In this document: piece by piece, positions 22,837-33,724 of the stretch
Position numbering within the stretch: position 1 is the first letter of the stretch
Layout of the letters: every line of letters starts with the position of its first letter
Source: a virus
Taxonomy: Duplodnaviria; Caudoviricetes
DNA length: 34,603 bases
Direction: 5' to 3' (one strand)
IMG/VR virus record: IMGVR_UViG_3300043451_000112
Coordinates: 1 to 34,603 of that record
Made by a program: the position numbers and the translations under genes
Notes under the pieces: model-generated
The model's database searches: none
What the model saw: the letters and a program-made list of their open reading frames with translations, nothing else
What the model was told of the DNA's origin: nothing

Positions 22837-24629
22837 ATTGTAGTAAGTTGCGAAAGTTGAGTATTTGTAAGGCGAGTTTTCCAAAGGACAAAAGAGTTTA
22901 TCCCTGCGCTTAAATTGTAAGCAGTCGATGAGTAGAATCCACCTAAATAAACACGGCTCATTGCTGGGATTGTTGCGGCTGTATCTGTTCCTATTAAAGT
23001 GCCATTTGAATAAAGAGCGCAGTCATTTAACCTATACGCTAACGCTATTTTTTTTCTACCAAATGAACCGATATTTCCAGTAATACTTCCTTGCGCCAAA
23101 CCACTATTATACATCTCCCAAACAATGTTTCCATTTGAATAGATGAGTATATACATTTCATTCCCTGCTCCTCCGTCAATCGAAAAAGCCATAACTCCGT
23201 TTGAAGTAATTTTTGAATTAAAATCAAAGTCAATATAAGCAACTCCCTCTGTTTGTCCTATAAGCGAACTAATACCAGTCTTTGAAATAACATCTGCGTT
23301 TCGTGTTACACTTGCAGAGGTTGTAGGTATGTATGAAGTAGCGTAGCTTCCGACTTCTAATTGAATGCCCCATACCATAACATCAGCCGTTGCAGAAGTT
23401 CCTGCTAAATTAACCCAAGTAATTAGGTTAAAACCCGTAGAAGTTCCCGCTGCTGTATAAGTGTAAGTATATCTTACCCACTCGTTGGTAAATGTTACAG
23501 GGTTTTGATATCCATTATTAAACGCGGTGTAAAGCGTTGGTGTTCCCGTTACTGCCTTGCCCCAAAACGAAAGCGTATAAATTTGACCTATGGTTGATGT
23601 TTTCCTTTGGTATCTTTCCCAATAGTTAGTACCCCTTGTGATTTGGAATCTGTCAGCAGTTTGGTTTCCGTCGGGCGCAATTCCATAATTAGTTGTAAAT
23701 GTAGCACCGCTTCCCGCACCACCAGCTGAACTATAAGCACCATTGTCGAACTGCTCGCTAAAAAGGTTTAAGTTAGTCCTTTGCGGTTCTACTAATATAC
23801 TCGGACAACTTCCACTTGAAAAGTCAAGACGAGGGATGTTAAGTCTTGTTTCCGTTTTTTGATATGGTTTAGCGATTGAGCCTTCGACAAGTTGTGCGCC
23901 CCATAGGTAAAAAGTAGCGCTTGCGTTTATCGGTTCTAATAAACCCCTACGAATTAAGAATACTACTTCAGCAGTATTAAGCGGTGATGTTTCAGTTGTT
24001 GTATATCTTACCCATTCTGTAGTTAAGGTAATTTTTGTGTATGCACTTGAGCCCGCGTGTCTAACCATTATTTGCTCCCCACCTGTAACGCCTTTAGCAT
24101 AAAAGGACAAAGTGTAAGTAGTTCCAGTGGTAACGCTTATAGATTGGTATAATTGACTTTGGTCACTTGGTGTTGCGCTTGCTCCAGCATTTAAAACAAT
24201 GGTATCCGCAGTTAAAGTTCCATCAGGTGCAGTTGTTGAATTTGGAGTGATAATTGGATTTACTCCAGTACCAGCTGCATATTTTACCCATACTGCATTA
24301 TTGAACTCTTGAGAATAACGCAATATATTATAAGGCACTAACTCCACCAAGCCAGCAGAGTTAACTCGTGTTGCGGTGGTTGCTCGTGTTACGTCAAAAT
24401 CTCCAATCGGGTCAGGTGGATAAGAGGCGATTAGCTTGCCTTCAAGGTAGGTATTTGGCGTAATGATTAGCGAAGCTGTTTCCATTGATGATCCCAAGCC
24501 GTGAAGCGTTTGCCATTGGCAATACTCAGCCTCGTAGCTTGCGCCTAAATACTTGGCACGTAATTGCGTTGTGTTGACGTATTTACGCGCGTCATCAATG
24601 AACACAGGAAGTTTAACAGAGCCTTTCAT
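22833..24629 (-). CDS. Tail fibre / receptor-binding protein with two CBM-like repeats and a LamG/ConA-like C-terminus
   Basis: TRATTATRVN, a duplicated APDG..TAD...YTLSF..K...EWVRYT...WG.QL module, SYIPT..SVTRNAD and a terminal RLTNTQLSQLT. Confidence 0.75.
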   Translation of the reverse strand: MKGSVKLPVFIDDARKYVNTTQLRAKYLGASYEAEYCQWQTLHGLGSSMETASLIITPNTYLEGKLIASYPPDPIGDFDVTRATTATRVNSAGLVELVPYNILRYSQEFNNAVWVKYAAGTGVNPIITPNSTTAPDGTLTADTIVLNAGASATPSDQSQLYQSISVTTGTTYTLSFYAKGVTGGEQIMVRHAGSSAYTKITLTTEWVRYTTTETSPLNTAEVVFLIRRGLLEPINASATFYLWGAQLVEGSIAKPYQKTETRLNIPRLDFSSGSCPSILVEPQRTNLNLFSEQFDNGAYSSAGGAGSGATFTTNYGIAPDGNQTADRFQITRGTNYWERYQRKTSTIGQIYTLSFWGKAVTGTPTLYTAFNNGYQNPVTFTNEWVRYTYTYTAAGTSTGFNLITWVNLAGTSATADVMVWGIQLEVGSYATSYIPTTSASVTRNADVISKTGISSLIGQTEGVAYIDFDFNSKITSNGVMAFSIDGGAGNEMYILIYSNGNIVWEMYNSGLAQGSITGNIGSFGRKKIALAYRLNDCALYSNGTLIGTDTAATIPAMSRVYLGGFYSSTAYNLSAGINSFVLWKTRLTNTQLSQLTTI

Positions 24630-25525
24630 ATTCTTATCAATATTGTTACGTAAAAATCCTCAGTTGGTAGGTTGTTGGCGTAAAATTCCACGTATCCGTT
24701 GAAGCTCTCAGTTAGTGGCAAAACCTCAATGCCTTGTACAATGCTATAAGCATCATTTGCAGGGATAATTTCCACAACTTTAATATCAGTAATTGCAGCG
24801 TTTGAGTATGTGTATTTGTAAATTCCTGCGCTTAAAACCCAATCGCCTGCGCTAATTAGTACGCTATCAATTTGGATGGTTGGAGATACGTTTTTCCATA
24901 GGTCGGTTGCGCCATCAAAAATCAGAGCTTGACCATTTGTTGGCGTATCGATAAGCACGTTGTGCAGCTCGTTTAATTCATAGCCATTTTGGATAGCCAC
25001 CAATATGCGCCCGTTTTGTGATTGCTTACGTGTTACAATACCAAGAAAAACCGCGTGATTTGGTTGTGTTGGTGGTGTAGTGGTGATGCTTCCATCTGTT
25101 GTGCCAAGCCAAAGGCGGTCACCTACGTTATAGGCCGAAGTATTGAACTTGTCGTATTCTCCTGCTGTGATTAATTTACCCGTTGTGGCATTGGCTGTTG
25201 TAGCCATAAGTAAGCCGATAGTTTTGGAGCTTGTTGCTTCACTTGTTGCATTGGCTAGTAAAATCTCAGGTGTATTCGCTGAACTTGACGAGGTCTTGAT
25301 ATAGCAAACTGACATTTTAGGAACTGACGCACCTGTGTTGTTTAGCACATCAATAGCTTCATACTTTGATTCTGTTCTAATTTGAACGTATGCACTACCA
25401 TTCCAATAGTAAGCATCTGCCGTACTCTCGTCTATGTATATTGTTTTGAGCGCTCCTGTAACGGGAAATGCGCCAAAAGTTGCAAAGGTTTTAACCTGTG
25501 ATTCTATAAAAAAGTCGTAAGCCAT
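24626..25525 (-). CDS. Minor tail/structural protein
   Basis: FPVTG..KTIYID, IQNGYELNELHNVLI and GQALIFD. Located in the tail module, with a TAATG-coupled start. Confidence 0.65.
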   Translation of the reverse strand: MAYDFFIESQVKTFATFGAFPVTGALKTIYIDESTADAYYWNGSAYVQIRTESKYEAIDVLNNTGASVPKMSVCYIKTSSSSANTPEILLANATSEATSSKTIGLLMATTANATTGKLITAGEYDKFNTSAYNVGDRLWLGTTDGSITTTPPTQPNHAVFLGIVTRKQSQNGRILVAIQNGYELNELHNVLIDTPTNGQALIFDGATDLWKNVSPTIQIDSVLISAGDWVLSAGIYKYTYSNAAITDIKVVEIIPANDAYSIVQGIEVLPLTESFNGYVEFYANNLPTEDFYVTILIRI

Positions 25526-28500
25526 TATTGCCAAATTACGTTAAGGATTGCATTGCTCAAAGTTACCACGTTTTGGCTATCCACGAGAACCCCGTCAATG
25601 TATAAATTTACTTGTGTATCAGGTAGCTCCAAATCGCCACCACTTACCACGCTTTCAACATAGGTATAATCAGAATTGTGAACGGTTGCGTTTTCGCAAA
25701 TACCTCCGCCGCCTGTTGTGGTTGTTGGTAGCTGTAAAATGATGTTGTCAGAGCCTTTGATATTGCCATCGTACTTACTTTCGTAGTAAGCAACTTTATC
25801 GACAAACACCGCTTTGATTTTTGCAAATACGCTATCTGTGTACTCGAATGTTGGTGACTCCTCTTCGCTGAGAATTACAGGGAAGTCGTAGTACATATCC
25901 TGCACATGGTTGTTTGCGTTGTGGTCAGATATGTAGATTTGATTTGCTGTTAGTAGACACTCCTCGTCAATTAAGCGAGTCATGCAGGAAAGCAAATAGC
26001 TACTGCGAAGCTCGTAACTTCTCAAGGCCTCATTGCGTACTTTTTCGCGTCGGCGATCAGTATAAATGATGTTTTCAGTTTCGTACTTTGGTTGCATGTA
26101 GCCAAATTGGCCACGAAAGCGCACCGTAGAGGCAAAGCCTGAATCTTTGTAATTAATACCTTGCTTGCGTACTAAATCGTTTAGCACAACGAATAAACGC
26201 ACCGTACCAAGTACATTGAAAGGTGTGTACTCGACAAGGTTGTAACTGCCATAGTAAAACCAACCTGAGTTACCTGAAAGCTCCCAATTTACACGCACCT
26301 TATAACATCCTTGAAGCAATAAACTTCCGCTTGCTACTTGTCTCCAATCAATGACGAAACCGACTGCATCTGGTTGGTGCGGAAAGTTTACCGTAATGCC
26401 TGGTGCAGGTGATAAATTGCCGTTTGCATCTTCGAGCTCGATAGTCATGTCATCGAACTTGTACGCGATACCTGTGCGGTCGTTTTTATAATATGCCGCA
26501 TCTTCAAGGCTTGCAACTACTAATTGAGGCTCGGAACAGAAAAACGCGCCTTTGTCCTCGCGTATCGCATCGCCAGGCAAGGTGATTTTATTAAAGTCCT
26601 GTTTGTGGACTAAATAAAAGTTGCCTTTGTCGTCTTTTTGATTGATGGTAGCAATGATTGTGCTTGCGGTGTCAATGCCGCTTGTATCTATCTCACAAAC
26701 TAAATGAACCTCGGTTGTGCTTATTTGCTCGATGTCTACCTTTGTCAATCCTGCCTGCGGTTGCAATGGCTTGTCTTGACTTGACCAATCCCAAACCGTT
26801 GAAAGGCGTTTGTTAGGGTCAGCCTCTTTTGGTCTTATGCTCAACCATCCCCAAATTGAAGGCTGAACCCATTGACCGACTGCGGTTGTAAATATGGCCT
26901 TAACGGTCATGATTTGATTTGCAATGATGGCATCTTGTTGCGTGCCACTTGCATCAAATAACTTGATTTCACAAACTTGGTCTTCGGCCGTGTCGTAATC
27001 AATAAGCGAGAAAGGATTTTCCCAATAGTATTCTACATTGTCAGCCGTGAGTAAGCTACATTTGACTTTGATGGTGTAGCCTGATGCACGCAAGTAGCGC
27101 ATCCACTCAGCATTGAGGCCATTTTCAGGTAATGAGCTGTTGAAAAAGTCTAAGAAAGCGTTGTTTTGAGCTATCCAATAACGCCAATTAGCCATAAGTG
27201 ACCAAGTTAGCTTCGCTTCGTATGTTGTGAGCGTTTCAGTACCCGTAAGCTCTAGAGTTAGCTTGTTTGCCTGTGGGTTATCCAAAAACTGCTGAATAGG
27301 CTCGTTAAATGCGATTTGAATAACTCCGTTTGGCGTAGTTACGTAGTTAGCAAATGGAATCAACTTTGATACTAGCGCGAATTGACTAGCGTCTGAATCT
27401 CTTTCAATGACAACCTCAGCCGTTAACGAGTTTAGAGCTTGGTTTTTGTCTAGGTTGAAAGTTGACTTATAAATGAAGTCGTCCTCCGTTGTAAATCGGT
27501 TGTCTGTAACATTAACGCCAGCATGATCAGTAAAAAGCTGAGTTAATACACCAGAATAAACACCACCTTGCACAGGGTTTTTGGTCAAAATACCCTCTTT
27601 AAGGTTTAGAGTTACGCCGTTATTATTGTTGGCTGTACCTCCTGTGTTTTGTACGGTAAGTGTTAAGCGATATTGTAAATCCTGCGTGCTTAATGCGTCT
27701 GCATAAGTGTTAAACGCAGCGTTTGGCGTGAGTTTGAACGTGATTTGGGCGTAACCTGTAAGCTGAGCAAATGTAAAGGCACTCGATACCATGCGCTCAG
27801 TACCCACGCCGTAACCGCTATAAATCGGAGTTGTACCATTGAAGTAAATACCGGATAAACGTATCAATTCGGCGTTACTTTGTGGCTTGTTTTTGTACGT
27901 GTCAGGCTGTGGCACCATGTAAAACTGCGCCTCAATGATATTTGAAATGGCTGCAGCGTTGTAAACTTTGACAGTCACATTGTTTTCCTGCGAAAAATCG
28001 ACCTCATCAAGGTTATTGCCCGAAGCGTCTTCAATAGTTAACTCAAAAGTGAAGTCATTAATACCTTGGTTGTAGCTTTCGTTTAACCAACCCACATTAC
28101 CCAATAAGCTGCCGTTTGCTAGCTTCAATTGTGCGTTAGGGTTGTTTACCTGTGGAATGACATAAAGCTCGAAATACGGCTTTAATGACTGCGAGGCCTC
28201 GAAAAAAGATGGCTCATCAAAACTACCATCCTCAAACATATAAGGGAAGTAGTAGAAAAGGTCTATTTGATAGCGCTTTTTACCCGATGAATCGGAAAGG
28301 CGTGTCAATCTGTTGAATACGTAAGAACCCCCCGATTTGTTACCAAGTTGCTCCATTGTGGTAGTGCCACCAACTGAAAGTCCTGCAAGTACGTCAGTTC
28401 TAAAGCGGTTTACTTCGCCGTCAATCAAACTATTAACCGAGCCGCTTGCTGAGTTCTCAACGATATTGTGAAATATCTCTAAGGCTTGCGGTGTGCTTGC

Positions 28501-28923
28501 CGTTGTGTTTACGATCGTGAGCGGTGTAGTTCCAACGGTTGAAGTTGGCATGATGGCACCAATTAAAATGCCTGAGCCTGCGGGGTCTAGGTTGGTGTCA
28601 ACGGTAAGTGTATCGCCGTTTATATCGGTAACGGTTGCGGCATAACTTGAAAAAGTAATTGTACTACTGCCTTGTTGAACAACTCCGTTTAACTGAATGG
28701 CATCGCCTACGTTAAAACCGTACTCAGACCAAATACCACCAAGTAGCTGAATTTCGTAATTGCTCGGAAATGTTACCGAGTTTTGGGTCGTGCTTAAAAA
28801 AGTAAAATCTACAGTAAAGACAATTTGCTCCTGAATGAGTTGTCCAGAGTTAGCAAGCAAAAACGAGTTGCCTGTCGGCTGATTGCGAGTGGTGTACTTT
28901 TTACTTAAAATCGTTAATGCCAT
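25525..28923 (-). CDS. Large tail tip/baseplate structural protein
   Basis: 1132 aa, beta-rich, downstream of the tape measure gene. Confidence 0.65.
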   Translation of the reverse strand: MALTILSKKYTTRNQPTGNSFLLANSGQLIQEQIVFTVDFTFLSTTQNSVTFPSNYEIQLLGGIWSEYGFNVGDAIQLNGVVQQGSSTITFSSYAATVTDINGDTLTVDTNLDPAGSGILIGAIMPTSTVGTTPLTIVNTTASTPQALEIFHNIVENSASGSVNSLIDGEVNRFRTDVLAGLSVGGTTTMEQLGNKSGGSYVFNRLTRLSDSSGKKRYQIDLFYYFPYMFEDGSFDEPSFFEASQSLKPYFELYVIPQVNNPNAQLKLANGSLLGNVGWLNESYNQGINDFTFELTIEDASGNNLDEVDFSQENNVTVKVYNAAAISNIIEAQFYMVPQPDTYKNKPQSNAELIRLSGIYFNGTTPIYSGYGVGTERMVSSAFTFAQLTGYAQITFKLTPNAAFNTYADALSTQDLQYRLTLTVQNTGGTANNNNGVTLNLKEGILTKNPVQGGVYSGVLTQLFTDHAGVNVTDNRFTTEDDFIYKSTFNLDKNQALNSLTAEVVIERDSDASQFALVSKLIPFANYVTTPNGVIQIAFNEPIQQFLDNPQANKLTLELTGTETLTTYEAKLTWSLMANWRYWIAQNNAFLDFFNSSLPENGLNAEWMRYLRASGYTIKVKCSLLTADNVEYYWENPFSLIDYDTAEDQVCEIKLFDASGTQQDAIIANQIMTVKAIFTTAVGQWVQPSIWGWLSIRPKEADPNKRLSTVWDWSSQDKPLQPQAGLTKVDIEQISTTEVHLVCEIDTSGIDTASTIIATINQKDDKGNFYLVHKQDFNKITLPGDAIREDKGAFFCSEPQLVVASLEDAAYYKNDRTGIAYKFDDMTIELEDANGNLSPAPGITVNFPHQPDAVGFVIDWRQVASGSLLLQGCYKVRVNWELSGNSGWFYYGSYNLVEYTPFNVLGTVRLFVVLNDLVRKQGINYKDSGFASTVRFRGQFGYMQPKYETENIIYTDRRREKVRNEALRSYELRSSYLLSCMTRLIDEECLLTANQIYISDHNANNHVQDMYYDFPVILSEEESPTFEYTDSVFAKIKAVFVDKVAYYESKYDGNIKGSDNIILQLPTTTTGGGGICENATVHNSDYTYVESVVSGGDLELPDTQVNLYIDGVLVDSQNVVTLSNAILNVIWQ

Positions 28924-29113
28924 AGTGTTTGAATTTTTCTTTTTGAGCCTTTACCTCGGCCATTGCCTCATCAAATTTAGTCATTAAATCAGCAGGCATA
29001 TGCTCTCGATTAGCTTGGATTTTAACGAGTTCAGGCGTTAGCTTCTGTTCTAGATTCTTGAATTGTCTTAAAATGTTAGGAATGTCCTTCCCTAGAATGT
29101 CATTAATTGCCAT
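28901..29113 (-). CDS. Small helical protein in the tail module
   Basis: Overlaps both neighbours. Confidence 0.6.
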   Translation of the reverse strand: MAINDILGKDIPNILRQFKNLEQKLTPELVKIQANREHMPADLMTKFDEAMAEVKAQKEKFKHYGINDFK

Positions 29114-30809
29114 TGTCAATGATTGTTGTTTGTACGTTAATTGCTTGCTCTCTCACGTGAATGGTGGCGGTTGCATAATGCTCTACTTCACTCCATTGAA
29201 TGTTGGTAATCTCGGCTACTTTGCCATTATCCAATACGATATAATTGTTGTCTAGGATTTGGAAAAGCTCCGTTTCGGTCATCGCAATAGGAATGTTCTC
29301 GAATATATGCTTTTGGTTGTTTTGGATGTAACGTGAATACCAATACTTTGCTGCCAAGACATCGCAACCTAGTCTTTGATATTGGTTTGCATTAAGCCTA
29401 CTGCCATTCATGGCTAGTAGCTTGGTCACATTGAAATACTGCGAGCTAATTTGAAGCACATTTTTACGTGCCTCAATTTTTGCGCTTAGGCTTCCGCCCG
29501 TGAACGTGTCAAATGATTTAGCTAGAGCCTTAGCGGCAGTTTCTAGAAAGTTCAATTTGCCCTTGTTGGTACCACGTGCAAAAGGTATATCAATTAAATC
29601 AAATCCTTTGATTAACTCAGATGCTCTATCGGTTGTGTTAATCGGTTCGCTAGATATTTCGTATAGGTTTTGCTTGGTGTCATCAAACGTATTGAAGTCA
29701 GACGGGTCAACTTGGTACTGAATCAGCATTCGTTTGAATTGCTGTTCAGCGTTCAATTTGTACTCGCTTTGCAATTGGTCCTGTAAGTTGAACGCACTTA
29801 AAAAGCCAGTGTTCGGCGTTTTCTCGAAATACGTTTCATGCTCGATTGTTACAACTCCATTCTTTACAATGGTTTTTGCATTGAATGTGTTTTCAATGAC
29901 CGTAATTAATTGACCAAGTGTTTGCGCTGTATCGCGTGAGCTAGGATAGCCGTTTGTGTAGCCATTGGTTGCCACTCCTAAAAGTTCATAGAACCAATTA
30001 GGGTCTTTGGGTTTAAGTGGTACAGGCAGGATTGTAAGGTCTTGAATCGAGGCGAGTAGCGTGCTGCTGAGCGTATAGCCTAAATGCTGACAACCTTTGC
30101 TTACTAGCTTGTAGATTGTTGCAGCTCTGAATTGGCGTATAGGTTGAAAAATGATATTAATAATTTCAATGCCTAGCTTCACCAATGCGATTACGATAGC
30201 CAAGGCGTAAGCAATGCGAGCGGCTAACTTGATAACTGCCACGGCGATGGCTCCAAAGTCAGGAGCTGGCACAGGCAAACCAACCGGAACTAAAGCCTTT
30301 GTTAAATCGGCTGCGCTCTCTGCAATTTCTTGAATTGCATTTTGCAACTCCTGAACTAGGGCAAAAGTAGCTAAGGCCAAAGAAAGGTAATAAGAGCCTT
30401 GTTGCTCTGGAATTACTACGTAGTCAACATTGGTAAAGTCGTTATTGTTCCATTGCAAAGTACCAAACGAAAGGCCGTTAGCATTATCAAAGAAGTTATC
30501 AATTGCCTTGTATCTCTTTAGCTTCACTTTGCAACCGCGTTCCTGCATTGCAAAACTAGGGTCAGAGAAGTCAAGTAGGTATTTGACAATTTGGCCGTTT
30601 GAGTATTTGATGTCAAGAGGCATTCCCACAACGTAGCCGTATATTGAAATCCATTGCTTAATGGCATCAAAGTCCTCGCGTACAAATTCGAGCGTGTCGA
30701 CTGATAGCTCTAATTCTCTGAGTTGACGATCAGTAAAATCAAAGACGTAGTTAACTGAATCCTTGTTTTTTGGATTGCACTCGGTGCCGTTCAAATAGTA
30801 CCTAATCAT
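29103..30809 (-). CDS. Tail hub/tip protein
   Basis: 568 aa directly after the tape measure gene, with an internal hydrophobic helical segment. Confidence 0.6.
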   Translation of the reverse strand: MIRYYLNGTECNPKNKDSVNYVFDFTDRQLRELELSVDTLEFVREDFDAIKQWISIYGYVVGMPLDIKYSNGQIVKYLLDFSDPSFAMQERGCKVKLKRYKAIDNFFDNANGLSFGTLQWNNNDFTNVDYVVIPEQQGSYYLSLALATFALVQELQNAIQEIAESAADLTKALVPVGLPVPAPDFGAIAVAVIKLAARIAYALAIVIALVKLGIEIINIIFQPIRQFRAATIYKLVSKGCQHLGYTLSSTLLASIQDLTILPVPLKPKDPNWFYELLGVATNGYTNGYPSSRDTAQTLGQLITVIENTFNAKTIVKNGVVTIEHETYFEKTPNTGFLSAFNLQDQLQSEYKLNAEQQFKRMLIQYQVDPSDFNTFDDTKQNLYEISSEPINTTDRASELIKGFDLIDIPFARGTNKGKLNFLETAAKALAKSFDTFTGGSLSAKIEARKNVLQISSQYFNVTKLLAMNGSRLNANQYQRLGCDVLAAKYWYSRYIQNNQKHIFENIPIAMTETELFQILDNNYIVLDNGKVAEITNIQWSEVEHYATATIHVREQAINVQTTIIDNGN

Positions 30810-33724
30810 TTTACTCTGAATCTGTTTGTTATTTTACGGCCTCCGACTTGCTTGCTTTGTACAATTTCAGCAATACCACTACTGAAAGACTGCCAATGCA
30901 CATTACTCTCTGATTTGTTAGCAACGATGTTTTGAAGCTCTTTGAGTTCACGCGTAAGTATAGCGGTGTCAAAGCCTAAGCCTGCGCCGTTTGCTTTTGG
31001 CATTTGTGACATGGTGGCAGCACCCTCAAATGAGTTTAGCAAAGCACTTGTTTGCGTAGCTGTATAAACTCGGTCACCCGGTGAAAGCGTTGTGAAGCGT
31101 GCGCCTTTGCCTGTACCTATCTCCTTAATGTTACCGCGTCTATCGGTAATTAACTCAGCTCCTTTTTCATCGACTACGGACAAACCACCAGGGGCGTTCA
31201 TAGTACCTGATTCATAGAATTGTAGGTTTTTAAGGAATGAGGTCAAGACCTGTGTGTTTACAATAGTTGAAGCCAATGCCTCAGCAGGCGTTTTTCCTTC
31301 GCTTAGTGCGCTTTCAAACGTCTTTAAGCCTGTACTTACCAACTCAACTGATTGCTTCGCTCTCTCAAGGCGCAATTGCTCTTGTTGTGCTTCGCGTTGG
31401 ATGCGTATTTGTTCGGCAATAGATTGCTGAGCATAAATATTACCATTGGCAGCTAAGTTCTGCAAAAAGTCTTGTTGTTTGGCTGCCGCATCGCTTTCCT
31501 TTTGTAGCAACTCGATACGCTTGTCAATTTGGTATTGTATCGCATCGGTAATAGCTTGCTGAACGCTCATGATTACTTCATAACGCTCTTTGATGAGTTT
31601 CATCTCTTCGTCATGCGTCTTTTGATTGGTTGCGTTGGTCTTATCTGCAAAGTCGATTTGTGCCTCAATAATCTCATTATTTACGCGGTTTATTTCATCG
31701 TACTCCTCTTGTTTCAATCCGGTTACTTTATCAACCGTCTCAGCTGTTACAACCTCTTTTTCCTTTTGAACGTCTTTGTATCTAGTCTCCTCCTCTTTGT
31801 TTAAGGCGGTTAACTTCACCTGATAGTTAGCATTGATTTTAGCCTGAGCATCAGTGTTGCCATCGGCACCTTTCAATAAATCGTCTCTTTCGTCTTGAAG
31901 TGCTTTAAGTCTTAGCGTTTTTTCGCGTTGGTATTCATCTTCAATTGCCTTGAGTTTAAAGTCGCGTTGTTGCTCTATAAACTGCGCTTGTATGACGTAC
32001 ATTTCATGTATTACTCTTTCGAGCTCATCAACTTGCGCTTGTCCCGTGTCCTCAGCGAATTTCACTTCATTAGCAAGCATTGCATCAATGTTCTCCTTAT
32101 GCTGCGTAATGGTGCGGCCTTGTTGGATTTGGATAAGCTCCTGATTGAGTTGAATGTATTTTGAAACGTACTCGTTACCGTCTTTGAAAGCGGTGTTTAT
32201 CTCTTTTTGAGCCTTTACGGTTTTTTCGCTCGTGTCTTCTATTTTGTAGCCGAATTTCTCAATCTGTTCTTTTGCTGAAAGGCTAGAGAATCCATAGGCC
32301 TCCATTCTTTTGGTAGCTGCGTCAAGCTCCTTTTTGTTCTCAGCAATGATTTGAGTATTCTTATAATAGGCAGCCGCAAGCTCAATGTTTTTATTTACTA
32401 GCTTGCCTGTCTCAGTGACTAAACCTGTTCTAGCATCCACGTTAACGCCTTTTTCCTTTTCTAGAGCACCTTGTTTAATAAGCTCTACATTTTCCTTTTC
32501 AGCCTTATTTATTTCAGCTTGTAGCTTATCTTGCTTTTCAAGGTTGGCATTCATTAAGTTTTGATTGCGTTCTAATCTGTATCGCAACTTTTGAAACTCG
32601 ATATAATTATTTACCTCAGCATTTAACTGAGCTTGGAACTTCTTTTCGTCCTTTAAGTTCTGTATAGTTGAGCCGTACTCTTCATTAATTTCTTTGATAA
32701 GTTTTGCTCTTTCTTTTGAGCCTGCATTTGTGGCTTTAAGCATCATGATGTTACCCACAAACTCGGCAGACTCCTCCGCTACGTATTGACGGCTTTTCTT
32801 AGCATCTTCATTTCTGATTTTTGTTATTCTGGCATTCTCTTCAGCAGCTTTGTTTACACCTCCCAAATTAGATGCCCATTCGATGAGTTTGCCGCCGTAC
32901 AAAGTGAGCAAAGTGACCCCGACAGATAGCAACACCTGTGTAGACATTAGCGACCCTGCAAGCGACTTGAATACGCTTTGCGTTGGCTTTCCCGCGGCAG
33001 CAAGCTCGGCATTTGCAGTCTTTAACCTACCTATCTCATCAAAGAACATCGGTAAGTTGTTCGATATGGCCATGAATCCCGTTTGTACAGAATTGGCAAA
33101 GGCAGGCATCTCACGAGCTAACTGAGTAACTGAGAAGTTTAATTGAGCCGTTCCGCTTGCGTAGTTACCAACGTTTCTTTGATGCTTGCCCATGGTGGCA
33201 TCAACCGTCTTGAGTGCTGCATCGTACTTTTGTATTTTGCCCTGCAAGTAGTCGTACTCGCGTTGCTCTTTTGCGGTTAGCTTGGCTCCAAGTTCTTTAC
33301 GAATTGCTAGGTCTCGATATGTTTTGACCATGCCGGCAAGTTTGCGATCTACACGAGTGTAAATGCTATTTGCTTTCTCAGCCTCACGAACCTCACTAGC
33401 TGTTGCCTTAGCGGCTCTTTCGATGGCTTTGGCTTGTTGTTCTTTAAGTCTTTGATTCTTGGCCTCAAGGTCTATTTGTAGCTTCTGAGTGCGCAGCTTT
33501 TGTTGCAATAGCTTCTCGCTTTCAATCTCGGCCTTGTTAATGGCTTCAATATCTTGCACGGTCTTAGCTGAGGCCTTACCTAAGTCATTGACCATTGTTG
33601 AGGCAATAGATTTTAATGCCTTGTCGAATTGTTCGAGCGAGCCTAGAGTTGAAGCGATGTCGTTTGAAATCTCTTTAAACGGGTCGCCCTGTACTATATC
33701 ACTTTTCTTTATTGCTTCTGACAT
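30806..33724 (-). CDS. Tail tape measure protein
   Basis: 972 aa coiled coil with HQRNVGNY, QLAREMP..A, a hydrophobic stretch and a C-terminal FYESGT..APGG..VVDEKGAELI motif. Confidence 0.9.
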   Translation of the reverse strand: MSEAIKKSDIVQGDPFKEISNDIASTLGSLEQFDKALKSIASTMVNDLGKASAKTVQDIEAINKAEIESEKLLQQKLRTQKLQIDLEAKNQRLKEQQAKAIERAAKATASEVREAEKANSIYTRVDRKLAGMVKTYRDLAIRKELGAKLTAKEQREYDYLQGKIQKYDAALKTVDATMGKHQRNVGNYASGTAQLNFSVTQLAREMPAFANSVQTGFMAISNNLPMFFDEIGRLKTANAELAAAGKPTQSVFKSLAGSLMSTQVLLSVGVTLLTLYGGKLIEWASNLGGVNKAAEENARITKIRNEDAKKSRQYVAEESAEFVGNIMMLKATNAGSKERAKLIKEINEEYGSTIQNLKDEKKFQAQLNAEVNNYIEFQKLRYRLERNQNLMNANLEKQDKLQAEINKAEKENVELIKQGALEKEKGVNVDARTGLVTETGKLVNKNIELAAAYYKNTQIIAENKKELDAATKRMEAYGFSSLSAKEQIEKFGYKIEDTSEKTVKAQKEINTAFKDGNEYVSKYIQLNQELIQIQQGRTITQHKENIDAMLANEVKFAEDTGQAQVDELERVIHEMYVIQAQFIEQQRDFKLKAIEDEYQREKTLRLKALQDERDDLLKGADGNTDAQAKINANYQVKLTALNKEEETRYKDVQKEKEVVTAETVDKVTGLKQEEYDEINRVNNEIIEAQIDFADKTNATNQKTHDEEMKLIKERYEVIMSVQQAITDAIQYQIDKRIELLQKESDAAAKQQDFLQNLAANGNIYAQQSIAEQIRIQREAQQEQLRLERAKQSVELVSTGLKTFESALSEGKTPAEALASTIVNTQVLTSFLKNLQFYESGTMNAPGGLSVVDEKGAELITDRRGNIKEIGTGKGARFTTLSPGDRVYTATQTSALLNSFEGAATMSQMPKANGAGLGFDTAILTRELKELQNIVANKSESNVHWQSFSSGIAEIVQSKQVGGRKITNRFRVK

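Noticed and set aside
22833-24629. Diversity-generating retroelement acting on the tail fibre
   Set aside because: There is no reverse transcriptase. The internal repeat is diverged at protein level rather than being a TR/VR pair differing at adenines.
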